Positions 50,098 to 62,264 of a DNA stretch of 64,000 nt are shown piece after piece (within the stretch, counting starts at the first letter, position 1; each line of letters starts with the position of its first letter). Below the pieces are notes generated by a model that worked only from the letters and a program-made list of their open reading frames with translations, was not told where the DNA came from and did no database searches. The stretch comes from Plasmodiophora brassicae (Eukaryota). Made by a program: the position numbers and the translations under genes. The stretch lies in the NCBI GenBank assembly GCA_036867785.1, contig CP145409.1, positions 1,116,001-1,180,000 on the forward strand. The letters are read 5' to 3'.

Positions 50098-50891
50098 ATG
50101 TTGCTCATCGTTGGGGCTGTCGTGGTGTTGGCGTGCGTCCGGACGGCGGAAGGGCAGGCGCCTATCCCGGCGCGACCGGACGGGTGGGCGGTGGGGCCGC
50201 CGGGTGCACCGGTCGTCGTCGACATGTTTCTCGATTTGATGTGCCCCGACTGCCGAGCGGACGACCCGATCATCACGCAGCTGGCGCGGCATTATGGCGA
50301 TCGCGTTCGGATCGTGTACCACGTGTTTCCGTTGCCGTATCATCGCAATGCGTTCGCGATGGCTCAACTGGCACATTACATCGGCAATCGCTTGAACACG
50401 ACTGGGTTTCTGGTACGATGCCGCGACGGCGTCACGTCTGCTTGAGCGTGCGCTAAGCAGGCCACAGAAATGGAAAACAGGCGCCTTCGCAGTTCAGGAT
50501 TCATTTGGAAACCAAGCCACCTCAGGTCTGTCGCAAGACGATGTTAATAGCCGGTTGGCGGACGTTGTCGGTACGTATCGTGCGTCATTCATCGTATGCC
50601 TTGGTGGTGGTGGGCTGACTCACGTTAGCTCAACACGTTGGAATCGACAAGGAGTCGGCGTTGGCCGCTCTGAAGGACGGGCAGTTTGATTGGGCGACTC
50701 GCGTGTCCTGGAAGTACGCCTGCTCCCGAGCTGTATCGGGAACACCGACGTACCTCGTGAACGGAGTGAACGCTTTCAGTAATGAGCAGAGGACGCTGGA
50801 CGCTTGGATTGCATTAATTGATGGGCTTCTGCTCGGAAGTGGGCACAAGTCGCTCTCAGGCGATAATGAACGGACGACAGCATCGTCTTGA
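50098..50891 (+). CDS. Secreted DsbA/thioredoxin-like protein
   Basis: Signal peptide; QAPIPARPDG; DLMCPDC (CxxC); FPLPYHRNAF; WKYACSRAVSGTPTYLVNG. Confidence 0.88.
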
Positions 50892-51126
50892 AGCAGTCAT
50901 ACCCGGCGGTCCCACATCCATAATCTCGTGTCCGCTCCCAGCTCCATCGGCATGATCAACTTGCTTCGTCATCCGCAGTTTAGAGGCCGTCCCGCTGGAA
51001 ATAGACCACTAGTAGCGAATACTCGATGCTGAGGTCCGCCGATTGGCCCTTTGCTGCATGGCAATGGGTACAGGCCAATGCACGGGCGGTTGCATTGATG
51101 GAACGTTTCGCGGCGAACCGAGTTTA

Positions 51127-52263
51127 TCAATCTATGACCATTCCTGGCGTGGCTACGTTGGCTGTTGAGCCCGCCGATGAACGCAGCGCATCATACTTCT
51201 TTGCATCGTCGTTCGACGTTATGCCGTATCCTGGCTCGCTTTCTGCCTTGTCAAAGTCACCAGCTGCTGCGCCCGCGACCTTCGCAAACCCGTCGTCGGC
51301 TGCTCTATGATCATCCCATTCCAAACGCAATGCTGTGAGTATCAGCCTTTCCAACTCGTCGTCGTCGACATTGATCGTCTTCAGCAATGCTGTCGCTGAC
51401 GTAAAAGGCATCTTGACAATAGCAGGCGCTACGCTCTGTACATAAGCGATCGCGAACCGATACACCCATTCTTGGCCCTGGTGCATGATGAACGCGACGT
51501 CGAACAGTCGAGCGCACTGCCTGACAGGCAGGGCGTAGGCAAACATGGTCAAGAACCATGGCGTCCCGTAACAGAATGGCTCAATGCCTTCTTCGCCAAA
51601 GTACCGCCGGACATCTGGAAGCTTCGACGATATCAGCTGTCCGAGGGTCCTTAGGCACGCTTGAAGCTGGTCCAGGCCGTCAACGTAGAGTGCCTTCATG
51701 TTTAGTCGCTCCATGAAGGCCACGACGATCCAGAACGCCATCTCTTCGTCGTCGCACACGAGCAGGATAAGGCCTGTCACTATGTTCATGCCCTGAACGT
51801 ATCGTACGTCTTTGCCAAGACGATCGGCGAGTGCGTTCAGCAAGCGCGTGAGCTGACCTCGACCTGGGCCTGTAAAGAACCGGTGGTCGGAATAGGTTCG
51901 CGGCACGTCGACCTCAATCTGCCGTATCACTGATTCGTCCTGGTGAGCATTGAAGTATGATGCATAAGATCGCGGTGAGCTGGCCCGGAGGGATGATGCT
52001 CCAGATGCTAACAGCCAAATCGTCGAGCGACATTCGCACGGAATGCCTTTGGCTAATAGGCGCTGTACGGCGACAAGGTTTGATACGCGCCAGTGGTCGA
52101 CAGTCTTCTCAGAGATGGCGATTTCACGCCATTGCAGTGCAAGCTGCGCATCAGCAATGGACTGAATCGTTAAGCGCGATAAGGTGATCGGCGCCACGTT
52201 CGGCACCCTGAATCCGTACTCGTCGAGGAGCGTCACGGCCACCTTTTCTGGGACCAGCTGCAT
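51127..52263 (-). CDS. TBC-domain Rab GTPase-activating protein
   Basis: LDEYGF; KGIPCECRSTIW; QIEVDVPRT; YVQGMN; EEMAFW; PWFLTMFA; RLFD. Confidence 0.9.
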   Translation of the reverse strand: MQLVPEKVAVTLLDEYGFRVPNVAPITLSRLTIQSIADAQLALQWREIAISEKTVDHWRVSNLVAVQRLLAKGIPCECRSTIWLLASGASSLRASSPRSYASYFNAHQDESVIRQIEVDVPRTYSDHRFFTGPGRGQLTRLLNALADRLGKDVRYVQGMNIVTGLILLVCDDEEMAFWIVVAFMERLNMKALYVDGLDQLQACLRTLGQLISSKLPDVRRYFGEEGIEPFCYGTPWFLTMFAYALPVRQCARLFDVAFIMHQGQEWVYRFAIAYVQSVAPAIVKMPFTSATALLKTINVDDDELERLILTALRLEWDDHRAADDGFAKVAGAAAGDFDKAESEPGYGITSNDDAKKYDALRSSAGSTANVATPGMVID

Positions 52264-52478
52264 CTGCTCTCGTTCGGGATGCACTGCAACATCGTTGTCT
52301 GCGCAACGACAATGGCATGCCCCCATGCACCGACCTTCCCCTATTGCAGTCCAAATTATCAAGCACAGGCGTACGTTGCGATCGCAGGCTGAAATAGTCT
52401 ACAGTAATCCCACCCATCTTGTTAGTAGAAACAGCCTTGAGGGTGCACCTTTGGACGGTTCCACAGGGTCACGGGTGC

Positions 52479-53456
52479 GTGTCTTGACTCCCCCCTCGAC
52501 CGGACATGGTCGTCTGACGCAGCCGATTCTTTCTCGGAGCTCCTCGAACTTGATCTTTCCCAGGGCTTTGGTGAAGATGTCCGCGAGGTTATCACTGGAG
52601 CGCACATACGAGATTCGCAATTGGCCGTCAGCCACTTGGTCCCGGACGTAATGGTGTCGGATGTCGATGTGCTTCATCTTACTGTGGTTCACAGCGTTGT
52701 TGGCGAAGGCAATAGCACCTTGGTTGTCAACGAAGAGGTCCGTCGGATGGGTTTGTGGAAAACCAATTTCGCCGAGGACAGACCGTAGCCAGACTGTCTC
52801 AGCCGCTGCTTGGGAGGATGCCACCGTTTCCGCTTCACACGACGACAGGGCCGTCGAACGTTCCTTTTGTGTCTCAAACGTATCCTGCGCTACCTCAACG
52901 GCACCCGTGACTACGGTCTACTCTACCGTCGTACACCAAATCAAACCGACCCTGTCCTCCAGGCGTACTCCGACTCTGACTGGGCTGGAGACCTTGACAC
53001 TCGACATTCCACCAGCGGCTACATTGTCTTCCTGAACGGCTGCCCCATCTCGTATAAGACAACAAAGCAACGTTCGACGGCCCTGTCGTTGTGTGAAGCG
53101 GAAACGGTGGCATCTTCCCAAGCAGCGGCTGAGACAGTCTGGCTACGGTCTGTCCTCGGCGAAATTGGTTTTCCACAAACCCATCCGACGGACCTCTTCG
53201 TTGACAACCAAGGTGCTATTGCCTTCGCCAACAACGCTGTGAACCACAGTAAGATGAAGCACATCGACATCCGACACCATTACGTCCGGGACCAAGTGGC
53301 TGACGGCCAATTGCGAATCTCGTATGTGCGCTCCAGTGATAACCTCGCGGACATCTTCACCAAAGCCCTGGGAAAGATCAAGTTCGAGGAGCTCCGAGAA
53401 AGAATCGGCTGCGTCAGACGACCATGTCCGGTCGAGGGGGGGGGGAGTCAAGACAC
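52479..53456. mobile_element. Ty1/Copia LTR retrotransposon RT-end/RNase H/PPT fragment arranged as an inverted duplication
   Basis: + strand: LKRILRYLNGT...AYSDSDWAGD..TRHSTSGY...KQRSTALSLCEAE...DNQGAI...KHIDIRHHYVRD...DNLADIFTKAL, then GAGGGGG(G)AG. Segment 52479-52862 is the reverse complement of 53069-53456. Confidence 0.95.
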
Positions 53457-53529
53457 ACTATCCCGGGTGGGACTTGCGTGATGCCGTAGCGGAGTCCGTG
53501 AAGTCCGTCAGGTCTCTCAACGCTGGGCG

Positions 53530-54218
53530 ATGACCACCAGGTTTGCACGAACTGGGAGCCACTGCGTCCGCAACCCAACCGGCAAGGGTCCTGCCCACCT
53601 GAACAAGGTCGCATTCAAGCATAATGACAACAGTGGATTGTCCAAATTGATAATGGCAATTCCCATCCGAGGGGTCTGCGCACGATGCTACGACATTATC
53701 GGTGCAGCTGGTGCCGCGCCACCTGTGAACCGGTCTGACATGTCTTTGCAGAGTGGAAGAAGACGTTTCGGAAGTATAAGCCGTTGCAGAAGGCGCGTCG
53801 ATGCGATTCCTGTCGAGCAGATTCGGTCACCGCCGCGTACATGGTCATCTGCGACCCCTGCGGTAAACGCCTGCAGTGCTGTACAAAGTGCAAATCAAAG
53901 TTCAGCGAGACATGCCGACTGAAAGAGACCGAATGCGAGACAGCGGCTACCCCAGACGAGATCGAGAAGGCTCTTGCGGGCTTTAAGGAGCGTCGCCGTC
54001 GCGCAATGACAAGAGCAATCGAGAACGGCAGCATGACGCTGGCGCAAGTTCTGGAGATGTGCGATTCCGTTGGCAACCTTCGTATTCGGAATCTGCCGCC
54101 GAAGACACCACCGTCTGATAACGATGAAGACGCTGGTTCCACGGAAGGGTCCGTTGAGAGCGATGCACCGTCCGATGACGGTTACGCCCGCTATAATCGC
54201 GAAGACGTTGATAAATGA
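53530..54218 (+). CDS. C9orf85/DUF2039-like Cys-rich protein
   Basis: HLNKVAFKHN; GVCARCYDII, intron, EWKKTFRKYKPL; CDSC...AYMVICDPC...CCTKC. Confidence 0.85.
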
Positions 54219-54226
54219 AAACGTCG

Positions 54227-54600
54227 CTACTGCTGCGGTGTACTGGTGAGATCGACAACATCGTCGAGGAACGACGCGGTCGAGATCTGGACGAACTCGT
54301 CGAAGTCGATGCGCTTGTCCTGGTTGATATCCGCGTCCCGGAACATCATCCGGATCTGCTTCGGCGTCTTATGCTCGCCCAGTTTCGCCAGCGTCTTCTT
54401 CAGCTCCGCATACGATATGTACCCGTCCTTGTTCTGATCGAACACCTGCCACGCGGTTCATCATTGGTGGCTCCACGTCTGCGGGTTCCCACCTGAAACG
54501 CCGCCTTCATCTGCTGCAACCGCACAGGGTCCAGCACCGACGTCGCAGGCGTCGCCGTTGGTGCAACGGTGCTTTTCCTTGAGCGCGCTGACGCGCCCAT
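54227..54600 (-). CDS. Small calmodulin-like protein with two EF-hands
   Basis: AAFQ/VFDQNKDGYISYAEL; MFRDADINQDKRIDFDEF. Confidence 0.88.
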
Positions 54601-54824
54601 GCTTCCCGGTTACAAGTGGCACGTGCCCGAGTAGTGACAGCCCAGATACGGTGCCCCTTGATACGATAGGCCCCGAGCCGGCGCTCCGCGTGGTGGTGGT
54701 GGCACGTTCGCCTAAGGGTGCGCCTTGTGTGATCTGTTGCCGAATCTGCTGGGATCCGACGACGTGGTGGTGGGTGTCCGGGTCCCCCGGTCGGCCGGCT
54801 GGCTTCATTGCGGGGAACGCCGTG

Positions 54825-56847
54825 ATGGCGACCGGGCCGCGAATCCTCAACACGTTGACTGGGTTGGTGGAGGCGTTCGCGCCCAGGTCCGCTCCGTTCT
54901 CGTGGTACATGTGCGGGCCGACCGTCTACGACAAGTCGCATCTAGGGCACGCGCGGTGACGTGCCATGGTGGGCCTTGGCAGCGCGTCCCCCGTGCTCAT
55001 CGTTGTTGTGCGAGCAGGACGTATGTGTGTTTCGATGTAATTCGAAGAGTCCTTCGCGACGTATTCCGTCTGGATTCGACGTTGGTCATGGTGGGCAGAC
55101 GCCGTTCTTGTTCGTGGTTGCGGTTCACTGAAGCGGGGTCGCAGGGCATCACAGATGTCGACGATAAGATTATTGATCGGGCACGTCAGGCCGGTCATCA
55201 GTCTATAGAAGACGTCTGTGGGAGTCTATCATCGGGTGAACGCTGGCAAGGCGATGCTGATTGGAGGGCAGGTCTCGCGCGAATATGAGGACGAGTTCTT
55301 TCGATCCATGGCGGCGCTGAATGTAGAGCCGGCAGGTATCGTCTGTCTCGTCAATGGCGTGAAGCGGTTGCCCTGAACCAATGCAGATCGGCTCATGCGT
55401 GTATCGGAACACATGGACGAGATTGTTGGGTTCATTGACGGCATCCAGAGGAATGGGTTCGCGTATGTTAACGACGTCGGTGATGTCGTGTTTGATTGCA
55501 AGAAGTTCCATGCGACTGAAGGTACGACCCCCAGTGCATGTGGATCCGCAGGCCGGCCTCAGTGCTCGCTTCGCAGGGCTCGAGTATGGCAAATTGCAAC
55601 CTGCCAACTTCAATGCGCCGGGTCGATCGTCAGACTTTGCGCTCTGGAAGCGCTCTTCACGGGACGAAATAGCGTGCTGGGACTCGCCCTGGGGTACCGG
55701 GCGTCCAGGCTGGCACATAGAATGCTCGGCCATGTCCACCAGCGCGGTCGGCCCTGATCTTGATGTGCATTCAGGGGGGATCGACGTATGCATCCATCGT
55801 GACGATGACCCTATCGCAATCCTAACCCCAACGTTGTCGACAGTTGAAATTCCCTCATCACAATAACGAGAAGGCACAGGTGCGTTCGCGACTTGGTCTG
55901 CAGACGTCGTCGTCGGCTGAAGAGTTCCGTCTGCAGTGCGATGCCTTCTACAAGTCGAACGACTGGGCAACGTCATGGTGGCATACGGGCCATGTCTACA
56001 TTGACGGGCTGAAAATGTCAAAGTCCCTAAAGAACTTCATCACCATCGACGAGTTCCTGAAATCATCATCCGCTGACGCCTTCCGCATGTTCTGCCTTCT
56101 GCATCGTTATGGGTGAGATGCGCCATCATGTGTGCTCGGTTCGCCGGCTGGCTGACTCGCAACCAGGTCGGGGATTCACTTCACCGACCAGGGCGTCCGC
56201 GACGCTGACAACGTGCTGAACACGTTCGACAACTTCAACGCCCGTCTGGACTCCGTTATCGGCCGAGCTGTCAATGGCGACCATGGTCGGCAGAAGTGGA
56301 CCGTAGAAGCCATCGCGCTGCAGGAACGGTAAAAGTAGACGTTGAGGATGTTCCAGCGTGCTGTCTTGACTCGGTCGCAGCTTCATGGGAGCGCGACAAC
56401 AAGTGGTGCTGGCCCTGGGCGACAATTTCGACACGCCGAAAGCCATTGCCATCCTCCTCGATCTGATTTCAAACGTCCACGAGCATCTGGATTCAAACCG
56501 TGTCAAGTGCGGGTCCCTGCTGTGGCAAATCAGGGCATTTGTTAACAGGCTGCTGCAAACGTTTGGGCTGCAGACGGCGCCCGCCCAAGTGTCGTCCGAA
56601 CGCCCATGGCGAGATGCTGTTCAGCTTCTGGTGGATTTCAGGTCGAGCGCACGATGTTCATGAGACCTGGATCCGCTCACGAGATTGGTGTAGGCAAGAG
56701 ATCCGTTCGACGGCGCGGTCGTCGTCGGCAACGCTCAAGGACATTCTCGTGCGCTGCGATCATTTGAGGGCCACCGTCCAGGACCAGCTAGGCGTCCAAA
56801 TCAGCGATGGACCTCATGGCAAATCAGTCTGGACAGCCAGCCGATAA
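54825..56847 (+). CDS. CARS2: Cysteinyl-tRNA synthetase (CARS2/organellar-like, multi-exon)
   Basis: [82 protein letters not shown]. Confidence 0.93.
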
Positions 56848-56885
56848 ACGAGCGTTTTACATCGTCGCGCGCGTGCACGCGATGA

Positions 56886-59831
56886 TCATCCATCTGTATT
56901 ACGCGCTGCGTTCCTGGTCTTGCCGGGGTCGACCCCAACGGGTTCGTTCTTCGCTGCCTGATCGTACCTGCCTGGAACCTTCTTCAGGTCAATGCCCAGG
57001 CACTGAAGCTCGATTCGCCTCGCGTTCTTCTCAGCCATCCGCTGCTCGCGTTTCAGGTCCAGCTCGGCCTTGTCCAAGGCGTACTGTAGGTCCTTGCACT
57101 TCCGCTTCAACGACGCCTGCTCGTCGATCGCGGTCGAATACCGGATGGACTCCTCCGCGAACCTCTGGTCGGCGGCCGCCATTGCCGCCCGAACTTCCTC
57201 GACGAGCTGTTCGCTGCGCTCCAGGGACGCGCGCAGGTCGTCCCGCTGCGCGCAGACCGAGGCCAGCTTCGCTTCCAGCTGCTGGACCCGGGTCGACGCC
57301 CTCGTCGCGTCGTCCCTGGCGTCCCGGACCGCCCTCTGCATCTGCACAATGCTGTTCCGATGCGAGTCCTGCATCATCTCGATACGCTCGTCGTAGTCGC
57401 GCTCCAGCTGGATGGCCCTGGCGTCGGCCTTCTCCTGGCAGCATCCGTTCTGCAGTTACGAATATGCAATCGCGCAGCTGCCCCCGCAACGGCGTACCTG
57501 GATGGCAACGACCTCCCTGACGCGGTCCTGGAGCGTGGCGATCTCCCGCTCGCTGGACCGCTGCACCACGCGGCACTGCTCCTGCAGGTCGCTCTCCATG
57601 GCATCGCGGCGGCGTGCCTCGCATTCGAACTCGACGCGGGCCTCGCGCAGGTCCCGCTCCAGGCGCCCGTTCCGATCCCGCAGCGACTCCGCTTCGTCAC
57701 GCACGTCCTGCGTCGCTTTCACGATCTCCGCCAGCTTGCTGTCGTACTCGTGGCGCTCCTTTGCGGATTCGACGGCCCTCTCCTGTACGCACGGGTTCAA
57801 CGCGGGCCCGGTGCACAACCGCGGGGGACCTGGCACCGGCGACCTGCAGATGGGTCACGGCCGAACGCGCCGCGTCTCGCGACATGTCCAGCTGGGTCTC
57901 CAGGCGAACGATTTGCGTTCGTGCGTCGTTCAGCGCGTCGGCATCGCGTTCCTGCTGGGCGGCTGCCGTCGCCCGTAACTCGTCGTACCTACGTACGAAG
58001 ATGAGGCGGTGGGTGGGTCCATGCACCTGCGCCTTCCGGCCACTGACGCTGCCCTGGCGGATTTCGCGTCGCGCTCCGCCTTGGCCTTGGCGTTCTCTGC
58101 ACTGGTACGCGCCAGCTCCAGGTCGCGAAGTTCAGCGTGCATGGCGTCCAGCTTGGCGCGTGACGTCCCCAGCGCCTTGGCCACCGCAGCGTTCGCATCG
58201 TCACGGTACGATGTGATCTCCAGGTCCATGCGGTCCTCCAGCGATTGTTTCTGAGCGAATCCGAGAGTGAATTCCGTCTGCCTGTGGAGGCGTGTCCCTG
58301 CCGGACCTGTTTCGCTAATCCGTCCGCACGATGGACGGCCTCGTCGCGGGCCAGTCGGGCGTCCTCCAGGTCGGATTTGGCCGACGTCAGCTCCGCGCCG
58401 ATGGTCGCGTTCGTCTTCTGCAGGTCCTGCATGGTCTTCTCCAGGCTCTCGATCGTGGCCAGCATCCCTGTGCCAGCAGTCAGGGGCGCACGCGCGCCCA
58501 CAGCGAACATGGACGCAGCATCCGCACCATGGAGGTCGGCCTGCTTGACCTGGACGTCTCTGGAGAAGACGCGCTCGCGCTCTGTGGAATCCTGAAGTTG
58601 TCGTTCGAGGTCGGACACCCGTCCGGCCGCCGACGTGTACATCTGGTTCAGCCGGACCAGCTCGACCCGCAACTCAGCGATGCACCTGCGGCACGTCATC
58701 GGCCACAAGAGCGTTCCGCGCGCGACGGATCGTACCTCTCGCTGTCGGCGTCGTGCTCGCTGAGCAGCTGCCGGAACTGGTCGGCGTCCCTCGCCCTTGC
58801 TTGCAACTCCACCTGCGTCGTCAGCAGCTGCTCCTGTGCCGATTTCATGTGGCCCAGCGCCGTCTCGGTCTGCTGGCAATTCAGCGACCTGTTCGTTCAT
58901 GCCCGGCAAGGCGATTCCGACCTGGGATCTCGTCATCGTGAGCTCTTGCTCAAGGGCGTCGACCTGGGCGCTCAGGTCCGGCACCTTCGCGCACGTGGCC
59001 TGTAGGTCAGCGACCTCGTTCCGGAGGCCCATGATCAGGTCGTCCCGGTCGCGAACGTCGACGCGCGCGTCGTCCAGCTCGCGTCGCGTTTCGGCTTCCT
59101 GCGCCCGCAGCATCTGGTTCTCGTCGCCCAGCAGCGCGCATCGCTGGTTCAGCTCGCCGACTTCCTCGCCGTCGGCGCCCGACCAGTTCGAGTCGGCGTC
59201 GAACCGCCTGAGCAGCTTGCCGATATGGTGCTCCTGGCGACAGGGTCGGCAACGAACCCCACGAGCAAACGGCACGCGCGCGTAATCCAACGAGTTCGTT
59301 CTCCAGCTCCTCGTTCCGTTTCGCCATCTTCTTCGCGTCGTCCTTGACAGCCAGCAACTCGCGTTTCAGGTCGGCCGCCAACGCGTCCGCTTGGGCGATC
59401 TGCGCATCGTACGCTAGCAGCAACGGCGACCTAACCAGACAGAGAGGGAGGGTCGGTGATCATCAGAACCAGTACAGTCGCGTATGCCAGCGGCAGCCCA
59501 CAGGTATTCCGCATTGGCAATCCATGGCGGCAGGTCGTCGCTATCGTTATCGACGGCGACGGTCAGGTCAGGGAACCGCGTCTGATACGCGCGAAGCTCT
59601 GCCTCCAGGCGGGCCGCTATCGAAACCGGGGATCAGCCTAGACGCGGGCGACAGCGACACGGCAAGGCCACCGTATGTTCGAAGAAATTCCTTCTGCGAC
59701 TCCAGCTGGTGAACGTGCCGACGTACGCCGCCGGGGTCGTCGAGCGGAACGTTGGACGGTGGCACGTCCCTGGGTGCGCCCAGGTCGGATTCGGGGGCGA
59801 ACCCGACCGCAGGCCTTAGGCCGGACGCCAT
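56886..59831 (-). CDS. Long coiled-coil protein, SCLT1/CEP89-like centriolar candidate (multi-exon)
   Basis: SPLLLAYDAQI...KRNEELENEL...ELNQRCALLGDENQML motif near the N-terminus, then continuous heptads. Confidence 0.55.
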
Positions 59832-59956
59832 GGGTGGTGGCGCCAGAGAGCGGGCACTGTGTCGCACAGGGTCGGCCGCGTGGCCCCCTGGAACACGTCA
59901 GAGCACCCGCATGCACTGATGCAATGAACGGCGGCGGCGGCGGAACGTGTTTAGTC

Positions 59957-60817
59957 CTATTGCTGGTTGGATGACGGTTCGGGCAGGGCCAGCCAAGGGC
60001 CTTTCTCGACCGAGCCGCAGCCGTTGGCGCAGGAGCACGTGCCGCCGTACTCGACAGGCAACTGGGCCGCGTCGACATGCTTGAGCAGTTCGGTCTGGAA
60101 CGACCCGCCCATGATCGAGATCTTCTTGACGGTGACCTCGTCGATCAGCGGCGTGATCAGCCTCCAGGACGCCGAGAAGATGAACGGCGCGTTGATGATG
60201 AAGATCTTGCCGACGCATTCCGGGTAGTACGTCTTCGAGATGTGGGTGATGTCGCGCAGGATGCTTTGGACGGACGGCAGCTGGAACAGGCCGACACCCT
60301 TCAGGTCCAGGATCGTGAACGACGTCTCGATGTGCCTGCCGGCGACCTGGGAGCACCCTGGGAACCGCTGCGAGAACGTCTTCTCGAACTCGTAGACGAA
60401 CCCTTGCAGGATGCGCTCCGTGGTCGTGATGCCCATCATCTTCTTGACGTCCAGCTTACCGAGCACCTCAATGTAAATGGGCCGCCCTTCCTTGTCGACG
60501 CCATGGTAGAACCTCGGGTAGATTTCCTGGACCTGCCTGTCGGCATCCTCGTACTGGAACGTTCGGACGATCTCCTCGACGCCGAACTCTTTCCTCCACT
60601 TCTCGTAGTCGGCAATCATCTGCTTCGACTTGGCCGGGTCGAACTTGCGCGCGCGCAGGAACCGACAGATGAAGTAGGCGTCGTGGCGCTCCTCACTGAA
60701 CACGCCGTCGGCCTTGAGCTCGGCCACCACCTGATCGTACACGGCCTGCTGTTCCGGGCTCAGGTGCCCGACCTGGCCCGTGTACGGCTCCGCGTTGGCC
60801 GGCGCCGCGTCCGTCAT
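59957..60817 (-). CDS. SEC14: Sec14 cytosolic factor (CRAL-TRIO), intronless
   Basis: RFLRARKFD; YPRFYHGVDKEGRPIYIE; TILDLKGVG; YYPECVGKIFIINAP; QLPVEYGG. Confidence 0.95.
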   Translation of the reverse strand: MTDAAPANAEPYTGQVGHLSPEQQAVYDQVVAELKADGVFSEERHDAYFICRFLRARKFDPAKSKQMIADYEKWRKEFGVEEIVRTFQYEDADRQVQEIYPRFYHGVDKEGRPIYIEVLGKLDVKKMMGITTTERILQGFVYEFEKTFSQRFPGCSQVAGRHIETSFTILDLKGVGLFQLPSVQSILRDITHISKTYYPECVGKIFIINAPFIFSASWRLITPLIDEVTVKKISIMGGSFQTELLKHVDAAQLPVEYGGTCSCANGCGSVEKGPWLALPEPSSNQQ

Positions 60818-61129
60818 CCCAATGTCGCTGTCGTCGTCAGCGCCGAGCGCGCACACGCAGTCTCGCTATTTGCGGCGGCCGGCTCTGCGAGCGACCACTC
60901 CCAACACACACGACGACGACGACGATGACGACCACCGTGGCCAAATGTGGGTACCACAAATATCCGGGACCGCTTCACGCTGGACGAACGACGCCTTCGC
61001 GCCGCGTGAAATATCCGCGCACAGCTGCGAGCTGCACCTCGGCGGCGACTGCGCGCAAGTCGGTAGAGCTACATACAGCTGAACCTCATCACGGCCAGCG
61101 CATTCTCGTTCCATCACAACGTAACTATT

Positions 61130-62050
61130 TTAGTCACTGTCAAGGACGGCCGCGATCTCGTCGTCGGATAGTGGTTTGCCACCGTCAGCGTCGTCGTCCC
61201 GGGAAGGAGACGTAACGGCGTTCTGGTGACCGTCGGTTTCGTCGACGATCTCGAGGTCCGGGGTTTCGGCGGGCGCCCTATCGTCATCGAACGTGAAGTC
61301 GTTAAGGTCGATCGGCTTGCGGTTGAGGAGGGCGGCGTCGACCCTGGCAGGGTTCTGGCGCTCCTCGAGTTTGAACTTGTTGCGAATGTGCCGGCGGGTG
61401 CGGTCCGGGAACAGCTTGGTGATCAAGGAGAAGTCGGTGCCGTACTTGCTGAGCGCCTGGTAGAACCGTTCGGTGCTGGCCGCGTCCCATTTCTTCGACG
61501 TCGGCCGATTTGTGAACGACCGCGAATTGACGACGCGTGACGTAGCCGATTCATCGACCACGGAGAGCGCTGGTGGGCCGGCGGCCGTCTTGAACGTCAG
61601 CGACGACTGGTCTAGCACAATCCGGCCATCGATAATCCGAACCTGAGGGGCCAGATTCGAGTCCGCCTCCTCTGGCGATTCGCCGCCACCACCACCACCA
61701 CCATCGCCATCTCTGAACACGACCTCCTCCTCTTCGCCACCATTGACAACCACGTCCTCCTCGTTCCCATCATCCTCGTCGTTGTCCCGCTCCCGGTGCC
61801 CAGTAGTCCGACGACCGAGAGCCGATTTGCTCAGCTGCCCCGACTTCCGATCGATGATCAGCTCGCGCAGCGTCCGACTTGCAATGTTCGTCCGCGTCTC
61901 CTGGCTCACCGCCGCACGTTTCCTTGCAGCGGCATCGGCCAGCGCCGTCGACGTCGGCGTCATCAGCGACCGGCGCTTGGCGCGCCGCGCCGACCCGCCC
62001 GGGCTGGGGCTGGCGCTGGGCGTCGTTCCTGCGGTCGCGCTGCTGGGCAT
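61130..62050 (-). CDS. BDP1: TFIIIB B'' subunit Bdp1-like SANT protein
   Basis: APQVRIIDGRIVLDQSSL; WDAASTERFYQALSKYGTDFSLITKLFPDRTRRHIRNKFKLEERQNP. Confidence 0.9.
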   Translation of the reverse strand: MPSSATAGTTPSASPSPGGSARRAKRRSLMTPTSTALADAAARKRAAVSQETRTNIASRTLRELIIDRKSGQLSKSALGRRTTGHRERDNDEDDGNEEDVVVNGGEEEEVVFRDGDGGGGGGGESPEEADSNLAPQVRIIDGRIVLDQSSLTFKTAAGPPALSVVDESATSRVVNSRSFTNRPTSKKWDAASTERFYQALSKYGTDFSLITKLFPDRTRRHIRNKFKLEERQNPARVDAALLNRKPIDLNDFTFDDDRAPAETPDLEIVDETDGHQNAVTSPSRDDDADGGKPLSDDEIAAVLDSD

Positions 62051-62264
62051 GTCCGACCCTCCGCCTCCGGGTCACGGCATTTTTCGAATAACTGCGCCCG
62101 AAGACACGCGGCGACTCGTCCGCGCCTGGAACGGGGGACCGGGGGGCCGACACCCTACTTAACGGCTCCGCGTTCTTCGGGCGATGCGGTTTGCGCCGTT
62201 GCGGCGGCAACCGGCACTGCGCTGACGGCGTCCTGGACGGGATCGTGTCGTTTCCTGGCGACGG

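Noticed and set aside
52415-52490. Possible 3' LTR following the left-arm polypurine tract
   Set aside because: No clear TG start, only ~70 bp to a CTAACA, and no second copy in the window to confirm it.
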